In this document: in pieces, positions 27,189-38,489 of the stretch | How the letters are laid out: each line of letters opens with the position of its first letter | How positions within the stretch are numbered: position 1 is the stretch's first letter | Assembly (NCBI RefSeq): GCF_037042905.1 | Contig: NC_087245.1 | Coordinates: 6,140,001-6,204,000, forward strand | Source of the DNA: Lytechinus pictus | Taxonomy: Eukaryota | Direction: 5' to 3' | DNA: 64,000 nt | The notes under the pieces: generated by a model | What the model was told of the DNA's origin: nothing | The model's input: only the letters and a program-made list of their open reading frames with translations | Database searches by the model: none | Made by a program: the position numbers and the translations under genes

Positions 27189-28397
27189 TCATAGTTTACA
27201 ACACTTCATATTACAAGCCCAACGATCAAAAAGCAGAAAATGTCGAAATTTTCGCCGAAAGTGCACATTAGTGGCGGCATATATGAACGGGTTAATAAAT
27301 GAAATGCACCACACGAGAGAATTTGTGATCTCCCAACTGAGCGTAGACACACAGCTGTCACCACAAATGGCATACATGATGGTGGTTACTTGGATAGGCA
27401 ACCAACAGATCAGGAAACCTCCTACAAGAATGGCAAGGACAACAGCGGCTTTACGATGTCTTGCCAATGTTCTTTCCTTTGTTTCCGAAATGTTGCCTAT
27501 TGCATTGTTACCTGATGTCCGTTCATTTGCCCTTCCTTCGATAGTGTCAGCGACTAGATTAGATGAGGTGGCGATCCGATCTTCCTCGTTTTGATTATTC
27601 AAAACATTTCCAGATTGAACGACATTTCTGTTCTCTGAAAAATGGGTGGATTGTTCCTGATTTCTAGAAATGGATAGAGTCAGTTGGTTTGTAAGGGGGC
27701 TCGGTCCCACAATACCCTTCGATCGCCGTTTGATATTGACATATACGGCTATGTTCATGATTAGCAAGGCTGTAAGCGGGATGAAGAACTCTAGAACATT
27801 CACGAGAACTGTTCCACCAAGGCTGTATGTAAATTCCATTTCACAGTTATAAGCATAATTTACAGAAGACATCCCAGTTACTGGACTCCACGCAAATGCA
27901 AGTACAGTATACCATGTAAAAACAACTATCCAGATGCCAAGTACAATTAGTGTCACCCTTTTATTGGTCTGATACGTCTGATACTGGACCCCCATTGTCA
28001 ATAGACAGTACCGGTCCCAACTAATGAGTACCATGGTCAAAACAGACACCACACTCACCGTATAGTCCGTAATCAACCAAACCTTGCAAAGGACTTCACC
28101 AAATGACCAGTAACCTTTGATGAGCCATGTAAGATTAATTGGCCACATGAAAGCTCCTACGATAAAATCAGTTACGGATAGATTTAAAATGAAGATATTA
28201 GCCACATTAGCACGGATACGATTACTTCGGATATAAGCAGCAATCACCATGGTATTCCCCAATACTGTCACGCATGCTATGATAGAAATAATCAAAGGAA
28301 CTGTTGCCAACCAAACATTTGAGTTAGGTTTTTCATAGCTGTATTCATAAGAATAAGAAGTGCTCTCGGATGAATAATCATTCATATTTCGTGCCAT
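27189..28397 (-). CDS. Intronless class A GPCR, histamine H3/H4 receptor-like (402 aa)
   Basis: Seven hydrophobic segments with GN, LSVTD, CKVWLITDY, DRY, CEMEF, EFFIP, CWLP and NPFIY motifs. First ATG in the ORF is at 28397. Confidence 0.92.
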   Translation of the reverse strand: MARNMNDYSSESTSYSYEYSYEKPNSNVWLATVPLIISIIACVTVLGNTMVIAAYIRSNRIRANVANIFILNLSVTDFIVGAFMWPINLTWLIKGYWSFGEVLCKVWLITDYTVSVVSVLTMVLISWDRYCLLTMGVQYQTYQTNKRVTLIVLGIWIVVFTWYTVLAFAWSPVTGMSSVNYAYNCEMEFTYSLGGTVLVNVLEFFIPLTALLIMNIAVYVNIKRRSKGIVGPSPLTNQLTLSISRNQEQSTHFSENRNVVQSGNVLNNQNEEDRIATSSNLVADTIEGRANERTSGNNAIGNISETKERTLARHRKAAVVLAILVGGFLICWLPIQVTTIMYAICGDSCVSTLSWEITNSLVWCISFINPFIYAATNVHFRRKFRHFLLFDRWACNMKCCKL

Positions 28398-30142
28398 GAT
28401 GGAAGTAATCCCCAAACCCAGATGCAGAAGAAAATATATGTCTTATGCAGTTGTTAAAGATATGTCTTCATAAATTATGCTTGTACAAAGTTTCGTTGAC
28501 GACTTGACGTTGGCAGAAGAAAGTCCACACGAAATATTCAGACAGAGTCGTTGACAGTCACAAAGACATGAAGTATGAACGAATACCATTGCTAGGTGAG
28601 AGGAAATGAAATATTAATGATGACCACTTTTACCACCAATTGCCACACCCGCTCTGACAGAACAAGCTGCACAAGTTCAATCGTATATCGCGCACCCAAT
28701 TCCATTCCTTATCACAACAAGGGTGTAGCCGTCTAATACCAATATTGCTAATTGGTACGTGCAGGGTTACATAAACTTAAATAGCCTTGACTGGTACCGA
28801 GATATGATTTGCACATTTCTTGATACCAACAAACATAACAAAAAATCAATAGTGTGGACACAGAGTTAGGTTGCGCCATGGTAAAGGAATACTCATAACT
28901 TGAATTTTAGGGGGAGGGGAAAGCCTTATGTGTCAATTACTGTTCGTTCACCAATGTCGTCGTGTGTATGCGTGTGAGGGAGCTTGTGGGAGTAGGGATG
29001 CGGATAAGCCCGGGGATGAGCCTCCATAGCATTATTGAAAGTCGCTGAAAATAAATACTTTGATGACATGTAATGATAAATGACATATGACAATAAGTCA
29101 ATTAGGTAAATATATTTCAAAGGATGAAAACTTGTTTAGTGACAGATCGTTAACTCATCATAATACTGCGTGCAAGCAGTCATATTTACTTTGATGACAA
29201 GAAAAGCCAGTTAAAACCCAGATTTAGATAAAGGTGAGTGGTATTATTGATCGAAAGTCAGAAGAAATGGATATATCTCATGACAGGACAGCTATATTTG
29301 ATTTGTTGATAATAATTTACATGATGTTAATAGGGAAATTTAGATGGTGTTATTATCAGTATATGCCATGAATCCTTGATTTCCATTGTCGAAAAACAGC
29401 TTCTCATTCGTAATATACTTGTGATATGGGATTAATAGATGATATTCATAGGAGCCATGTATCGATTTTTCAATCCGACATTCAAAATGTTGACTTTATC
29501 TTTCATATCTGGAAGTGTACACTACTGGACCAATTGGTATGAATGCATAGTTTTGTTTTATTTTGCTAGATATCATAGGCTTCGGAGCAGAGGATTATCC
29601 GTTGTTCATGGGGGGTGGGGACATCTAATGTTGTGCCCCCCCCCCCTAAACACAAAATATAATCCTGTGCTCCGCCACCCATGTCAGCAACCCTTAAACG
29701 AATGTTGATATGTGAAACTGTTGGATTTATTACTTCTTCACTGTTGACTAATACATTCTAAATTTAAATTCCTAGTTCCCTCCCACGAGATGTACCACCC
29801 ATTCAAATCAATCAAGTTAAACGAAAACTTAAATTTTAGCCTATTTTCATTGATTAAAGATTATAAACATTGCAATTGATATATCACAGCGTTTTCGTTC
29901 ATTTGTCTAGGATTTTGTCATTATTCATATGCTTTGTCTATTTTGCTATCTGTTATCGTAAAATCGAACAATCATCATGATCATGATTTATGATCTCTTC
30001 TCAACTAGTCCCTTCATTTACTTCTTTATATCACTTTGTTAAATTTTGCGGTGGCTGTCCAGACAAATCCTCAAAGAGTTTTATAAGGCAGCAAAATTTC
30101 TTATCTAAATCATTTAATATTTATTTGAATATTTTATTTATA

Positions 30143-30342
30143 GGGCAATTCCATAAAACAATCAACCTTTTTGTACGTCCGACCACCATTTTTCTCAAGT
30201 TTTACTTCACTTCATAAACTGATCAAGTCATGATCATTTGAGAGCTTTACAGACTGTAAAAAGAACAAGAAATCAGAGACAGAAAATTTCATGAAGGTCC
30301 CACATATAGGGGGTCGGACGTACATATTTTATGGAATTGCCC
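30143..30342. mobile_element. 200-bp MITE
   Basis: Perfect TIR GGGCAATTCCATAAAA ... TTTTATGGAATTGCCC flanked by TATA on both sides. Confidence 0.8.
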
Positions 30343-32606
30343 TATATTTGATTTTACTAATTTCATATGGAGTCAAAATAAGCAAAGTCGAATTGAACGG
30401 GAATTAATTATACCCAGATGAGATGCAGAAGGCGACCTTTCGAAATGTGTTTAATCGTTTAGTTAAAATTAGAACATATTTCTATGATCCCGACTCCCGA
30501 GAAATTTGATTAAAGTAGTCTCATTTTAATTGGAATGTTTGATGTATATATTATTTACTTATTCGAATAAGAATATTTGAGGATGTGGATGTCGGTTATG
30601 TGTGGATGAGGATGTTTGTGGAACGTGGGTGGGTGTGTATATTTGTGTGAGAAAGGCAGCGTGTGGGAGTGTCTGTATGTGCAAATTCAAATTAAAAAAA
30701 ACGTGAATTCTACCGGTATATGATTTCTGTCAAACATGCATTTTTTATTCTAGAGCTCAAGCAAGATACCTTCACTTATTGTTGAGATGGAAATAACGCG
30801 AAAAATACATTAAATTTTGATTAAATTGTAATTTAAGGGTGCATTCTTTATTTACCCTCTCGTTTCATTTAGATGAAGTTTATTGCGGGAGTTGAAAAGG
30901 AAAGGGGGAAGAAAAGCAATGTCAAGGTATTATTCTTATTGTGGGGCTCAGGCAGGGCGGCAGGAAGGAGCGTATACGTCAGGAATGTTATACATTATAT
31001 TACTTTTATTTTAGTGATTAGTTTTACTTCATTCGGGGTGGCGTTTTCAGCTATATTTGATATTGAAAAATGTGCGTGTGTGTTTGAGAGAGGGAGGGAA
31101 AGATGGATGGTGTGCTTGAGTGGGTTGGTATTTGTGAGAACATCTTGTGATCAAATATGTGTTTCGTTACTAGTAAATGTTTATGTATATTATTTGAAAC
31201 ATCATTTTCATTTTCTTTTCGTTCTCTATACATGTATAATTAAAGATGAATACATATCGAAGGTTAGGATGGAAATGCAAATATTGCAAAAATTACATAA
31301 AACAATTTTGTTGTGTTAGTATGTTATCAGAGCAGCTACATAGGAAAAAACATGGATCAAAATGTAAAGAGCATGGGGATGAAGGTTGCTTAATATTCGG
31401 AATTTAAACAAATCAGGGCAAACATTGTAGCTTACCTGAATTTCAAATTGGAGCAAATCTCTAGAGAGATGTCTCCCTAACTTTAAAAAAATGATATGTC
31501 AATAAAACATTTGAAAGGTTGGAGGAGTGACATTTTCGAAATGTTGCATTTACCACTTTAAATAGTTCGATCATATTAGATTTCAGCTTTACATAAGGTT
31601 TGATATGACATTAGGAAAAGGTTTCCTCTCCAACCTTTCAAATGTTGATTTAACATTTCATTTTTAGAGAGTTCCAGAGCTTTGTAATTGACAGCATCAA
31701 ACCTCTATGTTCGCTTTACCAAACAAAGATACAAAACTGAATACTCTCTGGTAAAAGAGCTGTCAATATATACATTCAATTTCGTTTTGTTGTTCCATTG
31801 TAGACATCCGATTACAAGACCTTGATCTACATATGTGCAATATGGCTTTATATAATAGTTTGATCAAAATATTAGGCGAATAGGCCCATCGTATGCATTC
31901 ATCTTTCATAACGACAACTGATAAATAGTTGTCAGTACGATTTATAGAACTGATTCGAAAAATAACCGTATATGAACAACCAAGTCGGTTTTTTATTATG
32001 ACATTTGAAAAGCATTTTGAGGAAGTAGAGCTCCATTCTAAAATAATCTAAAACCAATGAAGACATACCAATTTCTGATGGTTTCATAAATTTCTTTTCC
32101 TCCTCAAATTGTGTTCAATTGCATTTGTGGAGAACGAAAATAAGACAACTGTGATAAGATTGCTGACGACGTGATCAAAAGCACTAAGTGGCTAAAATGA
32201 TTTTATCAGTTTATTTGGAGTAGGGTGGATCTGCAATTTTTCCAAAATGGTTTTGTCTAAAGAAACATAGAAATAGCTATCATTGACTGAAATGACAAGT
32301 TAAAATGATAAAAAGATTAAAATAATAAGTGGTCAAAAAAGAACTTGATAATAAAAGTAGACCAAATTCGATTGAGTGGTTACAAATAAAAACTTTACAT
32401 GTAAGTGGAGCAAAATTGATCGTGGTCGGTGAGTTTATTATTCAGTGGATCTGAACTGAGCAATTACGTATCATGATTGATGCAATTTGATACCAAATTC
32501 ATATATGCATTACTCGCAATGGAGTGGTAAACCGCAAACTCGATTTCATTATCTTGGCTACGCAGCTCCCCCCCCCCCCCCCACACACACACACACATAC
32601 ACACAC

Positions 32607-34064
32607 CAACCGCGTAGCCAGGATTTCATTTTGGAGGGGGCGGTAAATGCACGCGAAGCGTGCCAACACTTACAGAGCGCGCGAAGCGTGCTCCATAGGG
32701 GGTGGGTGCAGGGAGGGGGAGTTTCCCCCTCCCTTGCGAAGCGCGAAGCTTTTGGTGTTTCATATATTAAAATGAAAAGGAGCCGTCTCTCTTGACTATA
32801 GTTCCTATATCAGCTCCAATTCAGTTGACTATATTGTGATTTTGAACCTTGTTTTCAAAAGTGATTGTGAACGCACAAAAAGGAATACAATGGAGGAAAT
32901 TAAAATCATAACCCCGCGCGAAGCGCGGAAGCTAAAGCGTTTTATCAATTTTTTTGCCATGAAAAGGGTCCCGAGAAAAGGGTATTCTCAAAGATATATT
33001 GAATACTTCCCTTGGAAAGATCATATTTGAATACAAACAATTTAGCGACAGTGCATACATCTTTAACTCGCAAAACAGAGAAGAAGAAGTGTATATGCCG
33101 GGAGGAAGAAATTCCTCCCCGCGCAGAGCAATAAAACTCTGAAATTTCAAAGGGCGGACGTTTCATCAAATGCAGATATCTCTAATACCCCATCGGCTCT
33201 AATTCAATTGATTTCCTAAGATTATTGAACTTCATTACAAGGAAAATAGTGCGCAAAAAGTTGAAACTTCAGTGATTTATTGAAATTATAGAAAAAAAAA
33301 GGATGCCTAATTTCTTTGACTTATCCTGAAGCGCTTCATTTTGAATTATGAAGAAACCTAAGTGTCATTCAAAATTTCAAACTGAGGGCGAAAAACAGGA
33401 CAGGAGATGAATGTGCAGGGAAATAACATGAAGATTAATAGAATTTGAAAAAAAATATTGTACTTTTTTATTCAATACGACACGAATTTTATACATTACT
33501 GTTTTTAAATCAGGAACCTGTTTGCCCCAAATTATGGTTGTTTAGTAATGAGCTGAAAAGCGGGAGAAGTTGACTTTATGGAGGTGACGGCAGAAATTGA
33601 TATAAAGATTTTACCCGCCCGGAGCCGACCCGACCAGAAGTTGCGCGATCCAAAAAAGAAAAGACAACTTCATTATACTTCGGCCTAACCTTACTCTAAT
33701 TCCATGCCCTAATGTATACATTTGAACTTTAACTGGCAAGAAAAACATATAGCTGAGGTGGAAAGCAGGGTTAGAGAAAGGGTGGGGGAAACAATGGAGA
33801 ACTTCAATACTGTCATTTAACCGCGCGCAGCGCGGAAGCAAAATTCATATATAAATTATGAGCAAGAGTGAAGGAGTTTTTCTTTTGAGAAAAAAAATAA
33901 AGAATAAAAAGAAAAAAAACCCGACAAAGCTACCTTTCTTCCCTTTCCTCCCTTCCCTTTCCTTTTTTTCCTCTCTTTTTTCCCTTCTTTTTTTTCTTTT
34001 TGGGGACGTTTTGGGGGGGGGGGCGACCGCCCCCACCGCCCCCCCCCCCCTGGCTACGCGCCTG
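32607..34064. mobile_element. About 1.45-kb non-autonomous DNA transposon
   Basis: Inverted ends CAACCGCGTAGCCAGG ... CCTGGCTACGCGCCTG and internal GCGCGAAGCG motifs. Confidence 0.65.
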
Positions 34065-35332
34065 AGTCACACACTCATTGAACATTCAACATTCACCCCG
34101 AATACAGATATCAGCAGTGGCACAAGCCTCCCTCTCTCTCCCCGTCTACTTTCTCACATTTCTCTCTCACTCCCCCTGGTTGTGTATAGATGGGTAATCC
34201 CTTCCCCTTTATATAGGCCTACCTCTTTTTTCCCCTTATATCTGCTTCAGCAATTTTTGCCTTTTTCATGTTTGTCATACTCGCAATAAGAAATTAAAGG
34301 AGAATGAAACCCTCGGAACAAGTTAGGTTGTATTAAACAGAAAATCGGAGGATAAGATCAATGAGAACAATTGGACAAACAATAAGAAAGTTATGCGCAT
34401 TTGAATGTCGAAAACGGTAACGCTATGGAGATCCTCCAATTGGCAACGCGACCAAGATTTGTGATGTCACAGGTCAACTCTCCCTTTTGTACATTGAAAA
34501 TATACCCCAAAACATATATTATTGCTCATTCTAATGATATTAAAAAACTCTTTTCCATGATGTATCTTATATGTTATATTCATCCCATTAAAATATATAT
34601 CTGATCTATAGATAGACTTAATTGACAAAAATGACAACTTAGGTGAAACATGTACAGTATAACAGTAATTGGGGAGTTGTAAAAGTTTGACATAAAGCCT
34701 ACTGAACTCCCTACTTTTTGATGCAGCTGGATTACCCGTTACAGGTAAGAAAAGTGTGCACCCCCTTCCATCCATTTATCTGGAGAGCACTGCATACTAG
34801 GTCAATAGTTCTAGATTGATTTAAGGAACGGAAGACTAGTTAACTCCCGCTTCCTCATGCACATGCACTCAGCCTTAGCCCTATGCTGTGACATCCGGGA
34901 GCTAGTCTAAATGCTTATAGGGTGACGTGCCAGTTCATTTTCACTAACTTACATCATTACAGTGCATTAAGTAACGAAGTAACTCCTTTTATTCTCTGTT
35001 GGAATTTCTCTATGCCATAGGAATACGAGAAAGGGGTAAGTCCTTTGCAACAAAAGACTCTAACGTTTGAAAGAATGTTGGTTTCACAGATTTCATTTAA
35101 TACCCGGTGAATTCGGACCTAAAACAATCGAATGATGTTTTTTTATTATCCGCAATTCATTCACAAAATACAGTAGCAGGTAGGCCCGATGAACGGGATA
35201 ATTTGTAGGTATGTCCCGTCGAATACTGTCACCAGCGGAAATCACTTTCTAAAACTCAGCAACTCACCAAAGATCGAACCTCATGGTGATGATGCTGCAA
35301 ACTAAAAAGTTTAATAGTTGATTTCAACCAAC

Positions 35333-35370
<38 letters not shown>

Positions 35371-35670
35371 CTCTGGGGAACCTTGATTTAAGCTACGCCT
35401 ACCATTGTTCTCTTCATCCATTTCTTTCACACAATATTTAAATATAAAAGAGTTGCCAAAGCTGTAGTACATGTATAACTTCACACATTTGTATACTTTC
35501 TCCCATACGTGTACTGTATCAAAGCAATAGCTTTGATCCAGCTGAGGCATGGCGGCTTGTCATTGTTCAAAACCCACCTTCACCCGACAAAGGAAATTAT
35601 AATTGGTATGGTGTCGAAAATCTGTCTATCTGACGGTCAATTGGATCGGGGTCGCCCTAGCCACTAACCC

Positions 35671-35742
35671 GTCTCTGTGGTCTAGTGGTTAAGGCACCGG
35701 CGTTCAAAGCTGGGGGCCCGGGTTCGATTCCCGGCAGAGACA
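35671..35742 (+). tRNA. tRNA-like gene with anticodon TCA (opal-suppressor-like, Glu/Asp-type body); repeat-borne, function unknown
   Basis: Acceptor GTCTCTG/CAGAGAC, D stem GTCT/AGGC, anticodon stem CCGGC/GCTGG with loop GTTCAAA, T arm CCGGG-TTCGATT-CCCGG, discriminator A, then TTTTTT. Confidence 0.6.
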
Positions 35743-36082
35743 TTTTTTCGGCATCACCAATTTTTCCAAAAAGGGTAGATAGCTCTGGGGAACCTTGATT
35801 TAAGCTACGCCTACCATTGTTCTCTTCATCCATTTCTTTCACACAATATTTAAATATAAAAGAGTTGCCAAAGCTGTAGTACATGTATAACTTCACACAT
35901 TTGTATACTTTCTCCCATACGTGTACTGTATCAAAGCAATAGCTTTGATCCAGCTGAGGCATGGCGGCTTGTCATTGTTCAAAACCCACCTTCACCCGAC
36001 AAAGGAAATTATAATTGGTATGGTGTCGAAAATCTGTCTATCTGACGGTCAATTGGATCGGGGTCGCCCTAGCCACTAACCC

Positions 36083-36154
36083 GTCTCTGTGGTCTAGTGG
36101 TTAAGGCACCGGCGTTCAAAGCTGGGGGCCCGGGTTCGATTCCCGGCAGATACA
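36083..36154 (+). tRNA. Second copy of the TCA-anticodon tRNA-like gene, with an acceptor-stem mismatch
   Basis: Identical to 35671-35742 except G>T at 36151. Confidence 0.5.
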
Positions 36155-36254
36155 TTTTTTCGGCATCACCAATTTTTCCAAAAAGGGTAGATAGCTCTGG
36201 GGAACCTTGATTTAAGCTACGCCTACCATTGTTCTCTTCATCCATTTCTTTCAC

Positions 36255-36327
<73 letters not shown>

Positions 36328-36479
36328 GATCATAGTTTCACCAAACCTCCGATCGAAGACCGTATATATTTGATTTATATCCGTCATCGGAATTAAATAC
36401 ATCAGATAGTAATGTAGAATGAATAGCAATCTTGAAGAGACGACTAATTAATACTTTTATTAGCTTTCATGTGGCCCCT

Positions 36480-36620
36480 GCATGGCTATCACATACGCGC
36501 TTTGTACGTGCGCATGAGTTTGGGTTAAGCCCCGCCCACCCGTAAATAGTATTTGAAATATTTACGTCTGACGTCACGGCTCGGGGTACTATTCACTGTT
36601 GTGATGTCAGATGTCGGGAT
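36480..36620 (+). promoter_or_regulatory. Candidate promoter of the + strand NWD gene
   Basis: CpG-rich patch with a GC box CCCCGCCC (near 36530) and a CRE TGACGTCA (36569-36576), about 200 bp upstream of the ATG. Confidence 0.4.
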
Positions 36621-36763
36621 TCATGGCATTTTTGCCAATTTCGTGACATTGGTTGGAACTATCTTTGGTCACATGACGGGGTTTAGACCAATCATCTGTC
36701 TAGATTATTATTATGACGGATATGATCATGTATATTTGTAACAGGGTACCATCAGGTACAGAC

Positions 36764-37201
36764 ATGGCGGACGAGCCTACAATGTCAGCTAGATCAGCGT
36801 TCTTCCAGTCTCTGGTGAACGGTGAGACTGAAAACCTACCCGATCAAGAATCGAACACCGTGAGGATCTTCCTGAGTTCTACTTTTACAGGTACTGCAAT
36901 ATAAATCAAAAGACTTGACATATCTATGTCTTATATCATATTTCTTTAAAAAGAATAACACTTTTAGTGTCTTAACACCTCACCAAATGTTATATTGAGT
37001 CAGAGTAATTAAGGTCAGATGTTTTTTGTGTGTAAATCATGGACCTACTAGTAGGTAAAATTTACAGTGAACCAATTTCCGGGTATTCAAAGTCCAAGTT
37101 GTGCAATAACCCCTCTATACCTTCATTGTGCTCCCATGTACAATGACACATTCCTTTGAATTCCTTTGATAATACAATAACCCACTCCCTTCTCTCTCTC
37201 T

Positions 37202-37242
<41 letters not shown>

Positions 37243-38436
37243 TGTGTGTGTGTGTGGGTGTGTGCGTGCGTGTTTGTAAGCATTCCCCTCTTGGTGCTAT
37301 ATATGATTACTCTCTTTTTTTAATAACTCCAATTCAATAGGCCTGATTGTAGCTCAGTTTTCGGTCTCATTTCTTTTCAGGCTTTTACTATAATTCCGAT
37401 CATCATTTCCGAATAATTATTCATTTCAAATATTATGTTAAACATGGATAAAGTCTGGGTCAAAATTCAAGTAAAGGTCAAGTAAAAGAGATTATTATTT
37501 TACTGGTATATCGTCATACACATGTCGCTGAAAGAACTCTAAAGCTTGAAAGATCACTCGTGATAGACCCAACAGGTACACTATCCCATGCATGTCTTTA
37601 TTGATAGACCTATAATTAAAAGCTTTTGTGACAACAGGCAAAGAGTACTTAGGGGCTCTATATAGACTCACACAACTCATCGATTGCGGAAATAGATATA
37701 AAGCTATTTAAAAAAAACCCTGGTTCCATGACATTTGCTCCGGCAACAATTGTTCCGATGTGAAATCTCCACGTTAAGCATGTTAAGCCAAACATAAAAC
37801 CTAACCTCCGAAAATAAATAAACCCTAATCCTAAATCTTTACTTAATTCTGAACTAAAAAGTATATTACACTCCTAACTCTTACCCTATTCCCTTTAAGA
37901 TATCAAGACCGGAGCAAATGGTATCTCTATAATCAAGAGGAAAATCCTCTCCCTGAACCACAGCTAAAAATTTACTTGATTTAGAACCGTTACACATTTT
38001 CTGTATAGTATTCACTGTAAGTTTTTACATCATCATTATTGCACTAAAATTACAGGAATGTACCAGAGTAGAGAAAGATGTTTTTAAATGAAGAGATGTT
38101 GCAATCAGCATGCAAAACTGGAGAAGATAGTTAGACAAGCAAGAAAAAAGGAGGTGTCACTACTAAATAAAGGTTATTTGGGTCCCCAGAAATTCGACAA
38201 GCAATTAAAACAAATGAAAAAGGAGGGTTCACCACAAAATGTAAGTAAAAAATGGTTTCACTAAAGAAATATAGGTCTTTCTGGTTACATTTCTCCATTT
38301 TGCAACGCTTACCAGAACTCCAGAGGGTGCTGCCTATGAAAAATGTCACGTAGCTTGCCAGGGCCATGTTCATCGATAGAAAGATAAATAGACAGACATA
38401 TTTGTATATATACAGATGGAAAGATAGATAGTTAGT

Positions 38437-38489
<53 letters not shown>

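Larger units (their letters stand above)
35339..36324. repeat. About 2.2 tandem copies of a 412-bp tRNA-bearing unit inside a (TA)n microsatellite
   Basis: ATAGCTCTGGGGAACC recurs near 35367, 35779 and 36191 (period 412). (TA)n tracts lie at 35339-35368 and 36258-36324. Confidence 0.92.

Noticed and set aside
27271..27852. Plus-strand ORFs overlapping the GPCR
   Set aside because: They are antisense shadows of a real coding sequence.
30873..31319. 148-aa plus-strand ORF
   Set aside because: Low-complexity GT-rich sequence with no recognisable motif or supporting exon structure.
35671..35742. Selenocysteine tRNA
   Set aside because: It has only 72 nt, a 4-nt variable loop and a standard 7/5 fold, and lacks the long variable arm and extended acceptor stem of tRNA-Sec.
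35311..36254. Repeated minus-strand ORFs (MPQLDQSY..., LPGIEPGPPA...)
   Set aside because: These are antisense translations of the 412-bp repeat and its tRNA-like part, with no protein features.
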